A program made the translations under genes and the position numbers. A stretch of 60,110 nt of DNA from Promethearchaeota archaeon. GTDB lineage: Archaea > Asgardarchaeota > Lokiarchaeia > Sigyniarchaeales > SOKP01. Below the pieces are notes generated by a model. The model made no database searches, was not told the DNA's origin, and saw only the letters and a list, made by a program, of their open reading frames with translations. The DNA lies in the NCBI GenBank assembly GCA_019057865.1, contig JAHLWP010000025.1:1-60110 (forward strand), in the 5' to 3' direction. Positions within the stretch are counted from its first letter, which is position 1. Every line of letters starts with the position of its first letter. Positions 50,704 to 60,013 of this stretch are shown here, in pieces.

Positions 50704-51930
50704 ATGTCAATAGAACCAATGAGAATATTTTTTAAGGAAATAAAAGAACCTATAGAAACCACGATGATTGGAAATTATGCAGTTGCAGGGGGAGTTACTC
50801 AAACTGATCCAGATGTTATATGTGCTTTTCCAATCACCCCCCAGACCCAATCAGTTGAGGGTTTATCCGATGTTGTTCATCACGGAAGATTAAAAGCTGC
50901 ATTTGTAAATGTAGAATCAGAATTAGCTGCGATGAGTTTTTCAACCGCTGCTTGTGCAGCAGGAGCAAGAGCTTTTACAGCTACAGCAAGTCAAGGTTAT
51001 TTATTGATGACAGAAGCTCTTCCTATGGCTGTAGGGTGGAGATTACCTTTAACGATGATGCTTTCTGCTCGGGCTTTTAATTCACCGAATTTATCTATTT
51101 GGAATTCTTGGGAATATACTCAAACGAATTCTGAACTTGGTTGGAATATAATTGTATCTGAAAATGTTCAAGAGACCTATGATGCTGCAATCCTTTCTGT
51201 AATGATCTCAGAAGATTCATTATTTCCAACTATATTTGTACATGATGGCTTTATAATATCTCATTCAGTACAGAATCTAACACTAATTCCAGATGAAAGA
51301 GTCAGAAGAATGACGCCTAAAAAGCCAAGACATACAATTGATCCTTCAAAACCCGGTACCTGGGGTGGTATTGTTACTCCTTCTTATTTTATGGAAGGGA
51401 GAGCACAGTTGGAAGATGCAAAACAACTAGTCTTAGGTCAAATGGTTGATGTCTTCAAAAAGTTCAAAGCAGAAACGGGAAGAGATTATAATCTGATTGA
51501 AACTTTTAATTTAGATAACTCATCAAAAACTGCTTTTTGTACAATGGGCTCTGTATGTGGTAATATTATTAGTTGGATGACAAAAAACAAGGATATTGGT
51601 TTAATTAAAATAAGAGCATTTCGACCATTTCCATATGAGGAATTACGAAAAATTGTAGAAGAACATAATATAGAAAAGTTAATTCTTTTAGAAAAAAGCG
51701 ACTCGTTAAATGGGATGTTACCACCATTTTCAATGTCTGTTACCTCTGCACTATATCCACTAGGTACATTGTTTAGAAGTTTCATAGTTGGTTTGGGTGG
51801 ACGTGATGTTACGAGAGATGAGTTTGGTGTAGCGAAAAAGAAAATGGAAGCTGTTACAGACATGAAGGGACAACTATATCAATATCTAGGGGTTAGAGAA
51901 ACTAAAGAAAAAATATATGGGGTGGATTAA
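50704..51930 (+). CDS. porA: 2-oxoacid:ferredoxin oxidoreductase alpha subunit
   Basis: GNYAVA, FPITPQT, VESE, TATASQG, HDGF..SH, RAFRPFP, GLGGRD; ATG at 50704 after GAGGTGA. Confidence 0.93.
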   Translation: MSIEPMRIFFKEIKEPIETTMIGNYAVAGGVTQTDPDVICAFPITPQTQSVEGLSDVVHHGRLKAAFVNVESELAAMSFSTAACAAGARAFTATASQGYLLMTEALPMAVGWRLPLTMMLSARAFNSPNLSIWNSWEYTQTNSELGWNIIVSENVQETYDAAILSVMISEDSLFPTIFVHDGFIISHSVQNLTLIPDERVRRMTPKKPRHTIDPSKPGTWGGIVTPSYFMEGRAQLEDAKQLVLGQMVDVFKKFKAETGRDYNLIETFNLDNSSKTAFCTMGSVCGNIISWMTKNKDIGLIKIRAFRPFPYEELRKIVEEHNIEKLILLEKSDSLNGMLPPFSMSVTSALYPLGTLFRSFIVGLGGRDVTRDEFGVAKKKMEAVTDMKGQLYQYLGVRETKEKIYGVD

Positions 51931-51934
51931 TAAA

Positions 51935-53023
51935 ATGTCAAAACCAGAGAGGAATATAATTAATTTTGAGGATATTTTGGCCAGAAATGAGAAATCTAAT
52001 GTTCTATTCTTCAACTATGATAACGAAGCTTTTATGAATACTGGAATTCAAGAAAGTGGAGGTACACCACCCTACGCTTCCACTACGACTGGTCCTGCAG
52101 GAGAAAAAATACCCGGCAAAATAGGTGTTAAGCAAGATTTAGTAACCCCATTTGCTTTCTATGGTACAATAAAACTTTTCTTAGCTACTGTAAATCCAGC
52201 ATATCCTAATGATTTTATGGGAAAAATAGCAGATGCTCTTAAATCAAATGGATCAGCTTTCATTCAAGCTTATTCAGATTGTATGAGGGGATGGAGACAT
52301 GGTGCTTCTGATGCTTTAAAAATCTCAAAACTGGCAACTGATTGTGGATATTGGCCGCTTTATACAGTGAGAGTAGAAGATGGTGTCCCTATATTTACTT
52401 ATTATCGAGGATTAGATATTGATAAAGAGAAATTTGTAGAGTATCTTAAATCGATGGGCAAATTTAGACATCTTTTTAAACCTAAATTTATGGAAAAAGA
52501 GATTGATGAGATTATCTATTTAACAGAACAACGGAATAAAAAATTAAAAGGTCTTATTGAGAAGTTTGGAGCAGAGAAGCCTGTTGATGTTTATAGATTA
52601 AATAGGAAGAAATTACAGCCTCAAACTCATCTACAACCTGGTCATGGTTTATGTCCTGGTTGTGGTGCTGGAATGGTATTAAATCAAATGGCAACAGCTG
52701 CGACTGCGGTTGCTAATACTAACATAATTTATGTGAATAACACTAGTTGTTCAGAGGTCTCAACTTCAAAAGATAACGTGACCTCATGGAATGTTCCTTG
52801 GGTTCACCACTTATTTGAATCTGGTGCTACTGTTGCTGAAGCTATCTCAACTGCGAAAAAGATTATGAAAGCTAAAGGATTATATAATCATGAAATTCCT
52901 TGGGTTATTCATATCGCAGGTGATGGATCGACATATGATATTGGTTTTCAATTTCTTAAAGCCGCACTAATAAGAACAAGTAGTTTTGTGGAAATGAATG
53001 AATATTTAAGAGATCAGAAATAA
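51935..53023 (+). CDS. porB: 2-oxoacid:ferredoxin oxidoreductase beta subunit, circularly permuted
   Basis: YDNEAFMNTGIQ near the N-terminus; PGHGLCPGCG starts at nt 52637; GDGSTYDIG near the C-terminus; ATG at 51935 after GGGGTGG. Confidence 0.92.
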   Translation: MSKPERNIINFEDILARNEKSNVLFFNYDNEAFMNTGIQESGGTPPYASTTTGPAGEKIPGKIGVKQDLVTPFAFYGTIKLFLATVNPAYPNDFMGKIADALKSNGSAFIQAYSDCMRGWRHGASDALKISKLATDCGYWPLYTVRVEDGVPIFTYYRGLDIDKEKFVEYLKSMGKFRHLFKPKFMEKEIDEIIYLTEQRNKKLKGLIEKFGAEKPVDVYRLNRKKLQPQTHLQPGHGLCPGCGAGMVLNQMATAATAVANTNIIYVNNTSCSEVSTSKDNVTSWNVPWVHHLFESGATVAEAISTAKKIMKAKGLYNHEIPWVIHIAGDGSTYDIGFQFLKAALIRTSSFVEMNEYLRDQK

Positions 53024-53118
53024 ATACTAATTTCTTCAAATCTTATTTTAAGTTTTTTTTTTAATTTGGATTTCCAGTTTATTATTTGAAGATAATAATA
53101 TCAAAAAGAAATACGTAT

Positions 53119-53637
53119 CTAGGATTCAAATTCATCAATTTCTTTTAGAATCTTTGAAAACATCGTAGTAGATATTTTAAATGTAGTGTTTTCTATGAGG
53201 AATTGGAGAAAATATTTGCATTCTTTTTTCATTATTAGCCTTTGATGTAATGCTTTAAGAATAATGCCTAATGTACCAGTGATCTTAAGTTCAAGTGTTC
53301 GTGCTATCTCTCGAGCTGTCAAATCATCAATGATAATGATTTTTTCTTCGGCTTTTTCTTGCATCTCTTTCCCAAGAGCGATAATCGACGCCTCTCCGGA
53401 GTGTATTTGTAAATCTTCCAGTCTTTTTATGAGTTGTTTGTAACTAGGGTTTTTAACAGTTAACCAATCAGAGAAGCATTCTTCTAAAATCAGAAATTCA
53501 GGGACCTTTTCATCTCCTAATACTTCCTTCTTTACTATTGTCGTGGTATAGCACCGTGAAAAAAGTTTAGGAAGTAATGTAATTGCTCCTATTTTCCCCA
53601 AATAGATTATTGGAGAGGCATTTATTATGGCAATCAT
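53119..53637 (-). CDS. PIN-domain protein (DUF3368-like, VapC-type toxin)
   Basis: INASPII, VKKEV, IHSGEASII, IIDD..AR..A, GTLGII. Confidence 0.88.
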   Translation of the reverse strand: MIAIINASPIIYLGKIGAITLLPKLFSRCYTTTIVKKEVLGDEKVPEFLILEECFSDWLTVKNPSYKQLIKRLEDLQIHSGEASIIALGKEMQEKAEEKIIIIDDLTAREIARTLELKITGTLGIILKALHQRLIMKKECKYFLQFLIENTTFKISTTMFSKILKEIDEFES

Positions 53638-53645
53638 GATGTAAT

Positions 53646-53945
53646 TTAACCCAAGGCAAATTCGAGATCTTCCTTAAGAGCTTGTTCATCATATCCTGAA
53701 GGATAACGGTTCTTCAGTTCATGTAGCATTTTTCTTAGCGAGACTCCAGCTATTTCTGCTGCTTTCCATGCACTAATATTTTTTTCACTAACTTCCTTGC
53801 AAAGAATTTCTAACATCTCCTCAGAAAGCGACTTCTCCAATAATTGACGAATATACGTGGATTTGTCCATTACTTTTAATTTCTTAAGTAAAAAACTCAG
53901 TTTTCGTTCTAAATCATCGTCAATTCTTACTGAAAGAATTTTCAT
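53646..53945 (-). CDS. UPF0175-family antitoxin (RHH plus HTH)
   Basis: ILSVRIDD, STYIRQLL, ISAWKAAEIAGVSL, LKEDL. Confidence 0.85.
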   Translation of the reverse strand: MKILSVRIDDDLERKLSFLLKKLKVMDKSTYIRQLLEKSLSEEMLEILCKEVSEKNISAWKAAEIAGVSLRKMLHELKNRYPSGYDEQALKEDLEFALG

Positions 53946-54083
53946 TATACCTATGTATACTAGAACATTCCTTGTATATATACTTTTTCAATTACCTACA
54001 ACGAAAATCAATTATTTTTAAGTATTATCTTTTTATAAAAGAATGATATTAAAAATCAAGAATTGTTTGATAATTTGAAATAT

Positions 54084-54185
54084 AATGGATCAACTTACGA
54101 TATAGGATTTCAATTTCTCAAAGCAGCATTAATTAGAACAAACACGATGGTTGATATGAATATTTATTAAAAAAACCAGAAATAA
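54084..54185 (+). repeat. diverged, colinear duplicate of the last 102 nt of porB (52922..53023)
   Basis: Translates NGSTYDIGFQFLKAALIRTNTMVDMNIY*KNQK* versus DGSTYDIGFQFLKAALIRTSSFVEMNEYLRDQK*; hand count 77/102 nt identical, no gaps. Confidence 0.9.
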
Positions 54186-54227
54186 TTTTTTCTAAATTAT
54201 TTATTTCTTTTATTCTTATCTTCTTTT

Positions 54228-54994
54228 ATGCCAGTAAATATTGAAATAAAGTATCCTGTTTATACAGTTATTATTGATAATCCTAAAGTAAAAAATGCAG
54301 TGGATGGTCCTACAGCAAAGGAACTAGCAGCTTCATTTCGAGATTTTGAGCAAGATGAAAACGCTGAAGTAGCTGTTTTATGGTGGTTCATGGAACATTT
54401 TGTTCAGGAGCTAATTTAAAAGCGATTACTGAGGGCTATGGAAATAGAATCGAGAAAGATGGTGATGGTCCAATGGGACCTACAAGGATGAGATTATCAA
54501 AACCAGTAATTGCCGCAATAGCCGGATATGCTGTTGCTGGTGGTCTTGAATTAGCATTATGGTGTGATTTACGCGTTGTTGAGAAGAGTGCTATATTTGG
54601 TGTATTTAATCGCAGATTTGGTGTTCCTTTAATTGATGGTGGAACAGTACGTTTACCTAGACTTATTGGATTAAGCAGAGCTATGGATATAATTCTTACA
54701 GGATGCCCAATAACAGCCAAAGAGGCATATTCATGGGGTCTCGCCAATCGTATTGTTGAGAATGGACAATCACGACAAGAAGCAGAAAAGTTAGCAAGAG
54801 AAATAGCTGCTTTTCCAAAAGCATGTATGAGAAATGATCGTTTATCTACTTATGAACAGTTTGGTTTAAGTATAGAAGATGCTATAGTTAAAGAATTTGA
54901 ATATGGATTAAAAACTATAGAGAGCGGTGAATATTTAAAAGGAAGTATTGCTTTCAAAGAAGGTAAAGGAAAACATGGTTCTTTTAATGATTAG
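54228..54994 (+). pseudogene. enoyl-CoA hydratase/isomerase (crotonase) split by a -1 frameshift near 54380-54387
   Basis: N-part (P.VKNAVDG, VAVL) and C-part (GTFCSGA.L, KPVIAAIAGYAVAGGLELA..CD) are in different frames. Confidence 0.8.
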
Positions 54995-55040
54995 GAAATT
55001 AATTTAAGTTTTTACAACTTAATTAAATCGTTGTGATATA

Positions 55041-55457
55041 ATGATATTATTTGAAGAATTTAGAGTAAAAACTCCAGAAAGAGAAATTCTTTTAGATATT
55101 ACAGGTGAGATTCGTAGGATTATAAGGGACTCAACTGTTGAAGAAGGAGTTTGTAGAGTATTTGTCCCTCATACTACAGCGGGGATAACTATTAATGAAA
55201 ATGCAGATCCTTCAGTAATTAAAGATATCAGTAATTATTTGGGAAAGCTAGTCCCGAATGGTGGAGGATTTGGTTACTCTTTTAGACATAGAGAGGGGAA
55301 TTCTGATGCCCATATTAAGTGTTCCCTAACTGGACATTCAATTGAATTATTAATCCATAAGAAAAGATTAATGCTTGGAACCTGGCAAGGTATAATGTTT
55401 GCTGAATATGATGGCCCTCGTAATAGAAGAGTTTTCGTTCAGATTCAAGGAGAATAA
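55041..55457 (+). CDS. yjbQ: YjbQ/UPF0047 family protein
   Basis: PHTTAGITINENADP.V..D, GNSDAHIK, LGTWQ, EYDGPR.R. Confidence 0.93.
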   Translation: MILFEEFRVKTPEREILLDITGEIRRIIRDSTVEEGVCRVFVPHTTAGITINENADPSVIKDISNYLGKLVPNGGGFGYSFRHREGNSDAHIKCSLTGHSIELLIHKKRLMLGTWQGIMFAEYDGPRNRRVFVQIQGE

Positions 55458-55543
55458 GTTAAAATCTATTAATTGGAAAAAAATAAGTTTTTTTATTCTC
55501 ATTTCTTTTTCCATTTAATTAGTATTAGAAATGGTTGGGATAA

Positions 55544-56599
55544 ATGGAAATTAGAATATCTTCTTTAAATCATCTAGCAAAAATACAAAAGGATATTAAA
55601 AGAAAGCGAATTTCTAGTTATGATAAGTCTGGGGCAAATATGGACTTCATCACTATAAATCCAATGGAAAAACAAGAGCTATGCAATATTAAAGGAGCAG
55701 GAATTATAAAGCATATCTGGATGACTCTAGCATCACGAGATCCATTTTATCTTAGAAAAGTTATTATACGTATTTGGTGGGATAATGAAGAACATCCCTC
55801 AGTTGAATGTCCAATTGGCGATTTTTTTGGTGTAGGACATGCTAAATCAGTAAACTTTTGGAGTTTGCCACTTGCTATGGGACCTGATGATGGTAAAGGC
55901 TTTAATTGCTGGTTTCCAATGCCTTTTGCTAAAAACGCTAAAATTGAGGTTGAAAATGAAACAAATGAAAAACTTGTGAATTTTTATTATATTGATTATG
56001 AGGAATATAAAGAATTAGATCCTTCTTTAGGCAGATTTCACGTTTATTGGAATCGTCAAAATCCATGTAAGGGTAAAGACTATAAAATACAAAAATTTCA
56101 AGAAACATTTTTTAAAAAGAATCCCACCCATGAAAATGATTTTGTTTTATTAGAAGCAGAAGGTGAAGGACATTATGTTGGATGCCATTTAGATATCCAT
56201 AATTTGTATGAAACAGAAAAGCATAATTGGCCAGGAGAAGGAGATGATTACATTGAAATTGATGAAGGTGAAATAATATTATATGGTACGGGTACTGAAG
56301 ATTATTTTTGTACAGCATGGTGTCCTACCCAATATTATTGTTCCCCTTATTTTGGGGTTCCTTTACCAGGTGGGAAAAACTGGAGTGGAAAAATTTCTTA
56401 TTACAGATATCATATTGAAGATCCTATATATTTTCATAAAAACATCAAAATTAAGATAGAACATGGTCATGCAAATCAACGTTCAGATGATTGGTCCTCT
56501 ACTGCTTATTGGTATCAGACAGAACCTCATAAACCATTTAAGTCAATATTACCAGTTAATGAAAGATTACCTAGAGAAGAACCTAAAGAAAAACAATAG
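55544..56599 (+). CDS. DUF2961 family protein (GH172-like glycoside hydrolase)
   Basis: SSYD..G.N.D, HIWMT, PSVECPIGDFFG, MPF, WPGEGD, GTGTEDYF, EHGHAN, S.AYWYQ. Confidence 0.88.
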   Translation: MEIRISSLNHLAKIQKDIKRKRISSYDKSGANMDFITINPMEKQELCNIKGAGIIKHIWMTLASRDPFYLRKVIIRIWWDNEEHPSVECPIGDFFGVGHAKSVNFWSLPLAMGPDDGKGFNCWFPMPFAKNAKIEVENETNEKLVNFYYIDYEEYKELDPSLGRFHVYWNRQNPCKGKDYKIQKFQETFFKKNPTHENDFVLLEAEGEGHYVGCHLDIHNLYETEKHNWPGEGDDYIEIDEGEIILYGTGTEDYFCTAWCPTQYYCSPYFGVPLPGGKNWSGKISYYRYHIEDPIYFHKNIKIKIEHGHANQRSDDWSSTAYWYQTEPHKPFKSILPVNERLPREEPKEKQ

Positions 56600-56602
56600 A
56601 AA

Positions 56603-58000
56603 TTAAATTTTATGGAAATAATACCGATCAAATGTTAAATCCACTTTTTTTGCTTGCTCATCGATGAAAAATTGAACTTTTATTTCTTGGTCTGGATAAA
56701 GGACTGGAACGTAAAATTTCAATTCCTCAAGGTTTTCAAGAGCAAGTGGCAAGTTTATTGGCTTAGGTTCAATTGGATCTTCAAGTTTCAAGAACAACAT
56801 TCCGTTATTAAGAGATACTTCTATTGTTTGAATTTCTTTATAGGTTTTATATTTTCCCGTTAGTGATTTTAATTTTTTATAAACATTGAAAAATGGAGCA
56901 GCTTCATCAATATTTTTATCTAAGAGAATTCCAAGATATTTACGAGCAATCGCACCAATAACTACTGATGCATCACAATTTGCTCCTATAATAACTCCCA
57001 CCTTCTGATCTGGAACAATTACTAAAGAAGCCGTTGAAGTTGCCACATTTCCGCCATGGCATATTAATCGATGTCCAATAAAATCTTTTTCTATTATCCA
57101 GCCATAACCGTACCAAGCATCTCCTGCGCCATATGGTGATTTTATATAAGGCTTCCACATTTCTTCTACTGAAGATTTTTGAACAATTTCTGAATCATTA
57201 AACCTTCCTTCATTAATCAACATAATAATGTAATTTTGCATTTCTTTAACTGAACTTAATAAACCTCCAGGAGCATAGACAAATTTATCGAATGGATGCA
57301 TACTGGCTTTAAAAGGTTTTTTTTCTTCAGAAGGAATATATCCAGTTAAAACATCGTTATCTTTATTAAACTCTTCTCTCAAATAGATAGACCTGTTCAT
57401 TTTAAGAGGTTTTAGTATATAATTTTTGATATATTCATCAAAATTCATATCTGTTAGTTTTTCAACTATTAAACCTGCACATGTAAACATATCATTATTA
57501 TAGAAGAAATTTTTGTCTGGTTTATCAAAAATTTCTTTAGTTGCACCATTCAAGTGAAGAATAAAATCATCCCAGCTACTTATAGGAATAATAACATCAA
57601 TTGAACCTAGTTGCCGTGCTATTGCTGTAATATTTCCATCCAATTCAGGAATTCCTGAAGAATGAGATAGCATATGACAAATTTTTATTGGATTTTCAAG
57701 ATCTCCTAGTTTAAAATTTAAATATTTATTTACAGGGTCTTGGAGATTGATTTTTCCTTGCTCCATTAGTTGCATTATTGCCATTGCTGTAAATGATTTT
57801 GAGATAGATCCAATTCCAAATAATGTGTCTTCTGTGAATGGAAGATTCTTTTCTAAATTTCTCGCTCCAAACCCTTTAGCATAAAAAGGTTTTCCATCTT
57901 TAACGATTCCGATTGCAAGACCGGGGATTTTAAATTCTCTCATTAATTCTGTTATTTCTAGTTCAAATAATTCAATTTGATTTTCACTCACATATCTCAC
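56603..58000 (-). CDS. serine hydrolase, beta-lactamase/penicillin-binding-protein family
   Basis: IPG, FGIGSISKSF (SxxK), LSHSSG, YNN, PGGLLSS, YGYGW, HGG. Confidence 0.9.
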   Translation of the reverse strand: MRYVSENQIELFELEITELMREFKIPGLAIGIVKDGKPFYAKGFGARNLEKNLPFTEDTLFGIGSISKSFTAMAIMQLMEQGKINLQDPVNKYLNFKLGDLENPIKICHMLSHSSGIPELDGNITAIARQLGSIDVIIPISSWDDFILHLNGATKEIFDKPDKNFFYNNDMFTCAGLIVEKLTDMNFDEYIKNYILKPLKMNRSIYLREEFNKDNDVLTGYIPSEEKKPFKASMHPFDKFVYAPGGLLSSVKEMQNYIIMLINEGRFNDSEIVQKSSVEEMWKPYIKSPYGAGDAWYGYGWIIEKDFIGHRLICHGGNVATSTASLVIVPDQKVGVIIGANCDASVVIGAIARKYLGILLDKNIDEAAPFFNVYKKLKSLTGKYKTYKEIQTIEVSLNNGMLFLKLEDPIEPKPINLPLALENLEELKFYVPVLYPDQEIKVQFFIDEQAKKVDLTFDRYYFHKI

Positions 58001-58098
58001 CTTTTAAAAAGATACTAAGATGATATTAAGTTAAGAACCTTTTTAATTTTTGATTTCAATAGAAAAAAATTATATTATTGTTAAGATTATTCTTAAAA

Positions 58099-59226
58099 AT
58101 GAATCCAAATAATTCATTAAAAATAACTAGTATAGAACTTTTTAAGCTTAATATTCCTTTTAAATTTCCATTTAAGATTTCTTTAGGTATAAGTTATGAA
58201 GCAAATAATATTTTAGTGCGAATTAATACTGATAAAGATATTTATGGGTTAGGTGAAGCATGTTCTTCATCCCGAATTACGGGTGATACCCAATCAACTT
58301 CTTTTGAAGCCGGAAAACATATTGCAAAAGCAATTAAAGGTAAAGATCCGTTAGCAATAGAAGCTCGTATGAGAGACATTAATCAAGCTATTAAAAGAAA
58401 CACACAAATAAAGTCAGCTTACAATTTAGCTCTTTATGATATTATAGGTAAATATACAGAACTCCCGCTATATAAGGTATTAGGTGGTGAAAAACGGGAT
58501 ATTTTCACTGATTATTCTATAGGTATCCAAGAGAATTTAGAAGTAGCAATTAAAAAGGTTAAAGAAGTAATGGATATGGGATTTTCAACGATAAAGTTAA
58601 AAGTTGGGTTAGATAAAGATTTGGATATTGGACTTATCAAAAGAATTAGAGAAGAAATAAGCAAAACAATTTCAATCCGAATCGATGCAAACCAAGGCTG
58701 GGATTTTTCAACAGCAGTACAAGTTTTAAAGGCAATGGAGCCATATAATCTAGAATATGCTGAGCAACCATTACCATTCTGGGACTATGAAAATATGGCT
58801 CGCCTAAGAAAAACGGGTTTAGCTCCAATTTGTGCTGATGAATCTGTTTTTGATCACCACGATGCATTCAAGCTAGCTTCTATGGGAGCGTGCGATTACC
58901 TGAATATAAAGCTAGGAAAGTCGGGAGGTATCTCCACCGCACTGAAGATAAATGCAATTGCTCTAAGTTGTGGAATAAAATGTATGATAGGATGTTTTGG
59001 GGAATCTCGCTTAGGTTTAACTGCCGGAGCTCATTTGGTATCGGCTTGTCCAAATATTGTATTTGTAGATTTAGATGCTGCTCTTATGCTTGCGGAAGAT
59101 CCTGTTATTGGAGGAATACGATATGATGTAAAAAGTAATGGAAAGATAATTATACCAGATACTCCTGGTCATGGCGCTGATATTAAAGAAGATATTCTTG
59201 AAGAGCTAGAGAGTTTTATAATCTAA
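58099..59226 (+). CDS. dipeptide (L-Ala-D/L-Glu) epimerase, enolase superfamily
   Basis: GLGEA, KLKVG, RIDANQGW, EQP, ADES, NIKLGKSGG, MIGC..E, DLD. Confidence 0.9.
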   Translation: MNPNNSLKITSIELFKLNIPFKFPFKISLGISYEANNILVRINTDKDIYGLGEACSSSRITGDTQSTSFEAGKHIAKAIKGKDPLAIEARMRDINQAIKRNTQIKSAYNLALYDIIGKYTELPLYKVLGGEKRDIFTDYSIGIQENLEVAIKKVKEVMDMGFSTIKLKVGLDKDLDIGLIKRIREEISKTISIRIDANQGWDFSTAVQVLKAMEPYNLEYAEQPLPFWDYENMARLRKTGLAPICADESVFDHHDAFKLASMGACDYLNIKLGKSGGISTALKINAIALSCGIKCMIGCFGESRLGLTAGAHLVSACPNIVFVDLDAALMLAEDPVIGGIRYDVKSNGKIIIPDTPGHGADIKEDILEELESFII

Positions 59227-59236
59227 AGAGCTCTAA

Positions 59237-59428
59237 TTAATCTTGTGAAGAAATATAGTATTCAACCCTATCTAACCATTCATTAACTAAAGAATCAAAT
59301 AATATGTCTTGCTCAATTTGTAATATATGCCCTGCTTTATCCAATACAACAAATGTAGCTCTTGGATAATTTTCAATTATTTTCCACGCATCCTGATAAC
59401 CCACAACAGAATCTTGGCGCCCTAAAAG
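59237..59428 (-). pseudogene. 3' fragment of an alpha/beta-hydrolase gene
   Basis: LLGRQDSVVGYQDAWKIIENYPRATFVVLDKAGHILQIEQDILFDSLVNEWLDRVE...; carries the catalytic Asp and His regions; no start codon. Confidence 0.85.
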
Positions 59429-59432
59429 ACTC

Positions 59433-59855
59433 TTATTTACGATCTTCTACTCTAATTTCCATGACGATATTACCCCATCCACCACATTGCAATCCTACAT
59501 CGGAGCAGCCAACTCTATTAAATTCCATCTCGTTAGGATTAGCTCCTGCGTATGAAAGGGCAGTGGATGCATAAATTAATTTTTCAACGGCACTCAAAGC
59601 GGAAATGCAGATTCTTTTTGGGCAGAGTTTTGTAAGTAGATTACCTATCCCATCAAAATAAAACTTATCACCCACTTTATGCTGACTATTGCATCCATGT
59701 GATTTCACAACTTCAATAACAATCGTTTTTTTCATTAAGTCAGGTGCTTTGGTAAGAATTTCAATATTTCTTGGGTTTTCTAAAAATGTCTTCATTTCTT
59801 CATCTGAATAACCTAAATGTTCTTGAATAAAACTTTTTAATTCTTCATTCATCAT
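59433..59855 (-). CDS. TIGR04076-like Cys-containing protein
   Basis: IEVVKS.GC...HKVGDKF, IC..AL, CSD...CGGWGNIVMEI. Confidence 0.7.
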   Translation of the reverse strand: MMNEELKSFIQEHLGYSDEEMKTFLENPRNIEILTKAPDLMKKTIVIEVVKSHGCNSQHKVGDKFYFDGIGNLLTKLCPKRICISALSAVEKLIYASTALSYAGANPNEMEFNRVGCSDVGLQCGGWGNIVMEIRVEDRK

Positions 59856-60013
59856 TATTTTTTCATCTCTTTAGATATTCTATTATTATCATTTTCAATA
59901 ATATTAATTTTATTAGTATAAAAAATTTATATTAAACATATATCCAAAAAATATAGGCACTATCCATCTTTGTAAAAATTTTTAAAAAAATACAAGAAAA
60001 ATTGGTTAAAAAA

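Noticed and set aside
52922-54185. porB repeat pair as a DGR template/variable repeat
   Set aside because: Differences are mostly synonymous third-position changes of all base types, not adenine-specific, and no reverse transcriptase is in the window.
1115-59574. Many short ORFs overlapping longer genes (e.g. 1115, 3245, 5463, 11798, 14640, 30069, 51486, 54436, 58890, 59362)
   Set aside because: Antisense or alternate-frame shadows of well-supported genes, with no motifs of their own.
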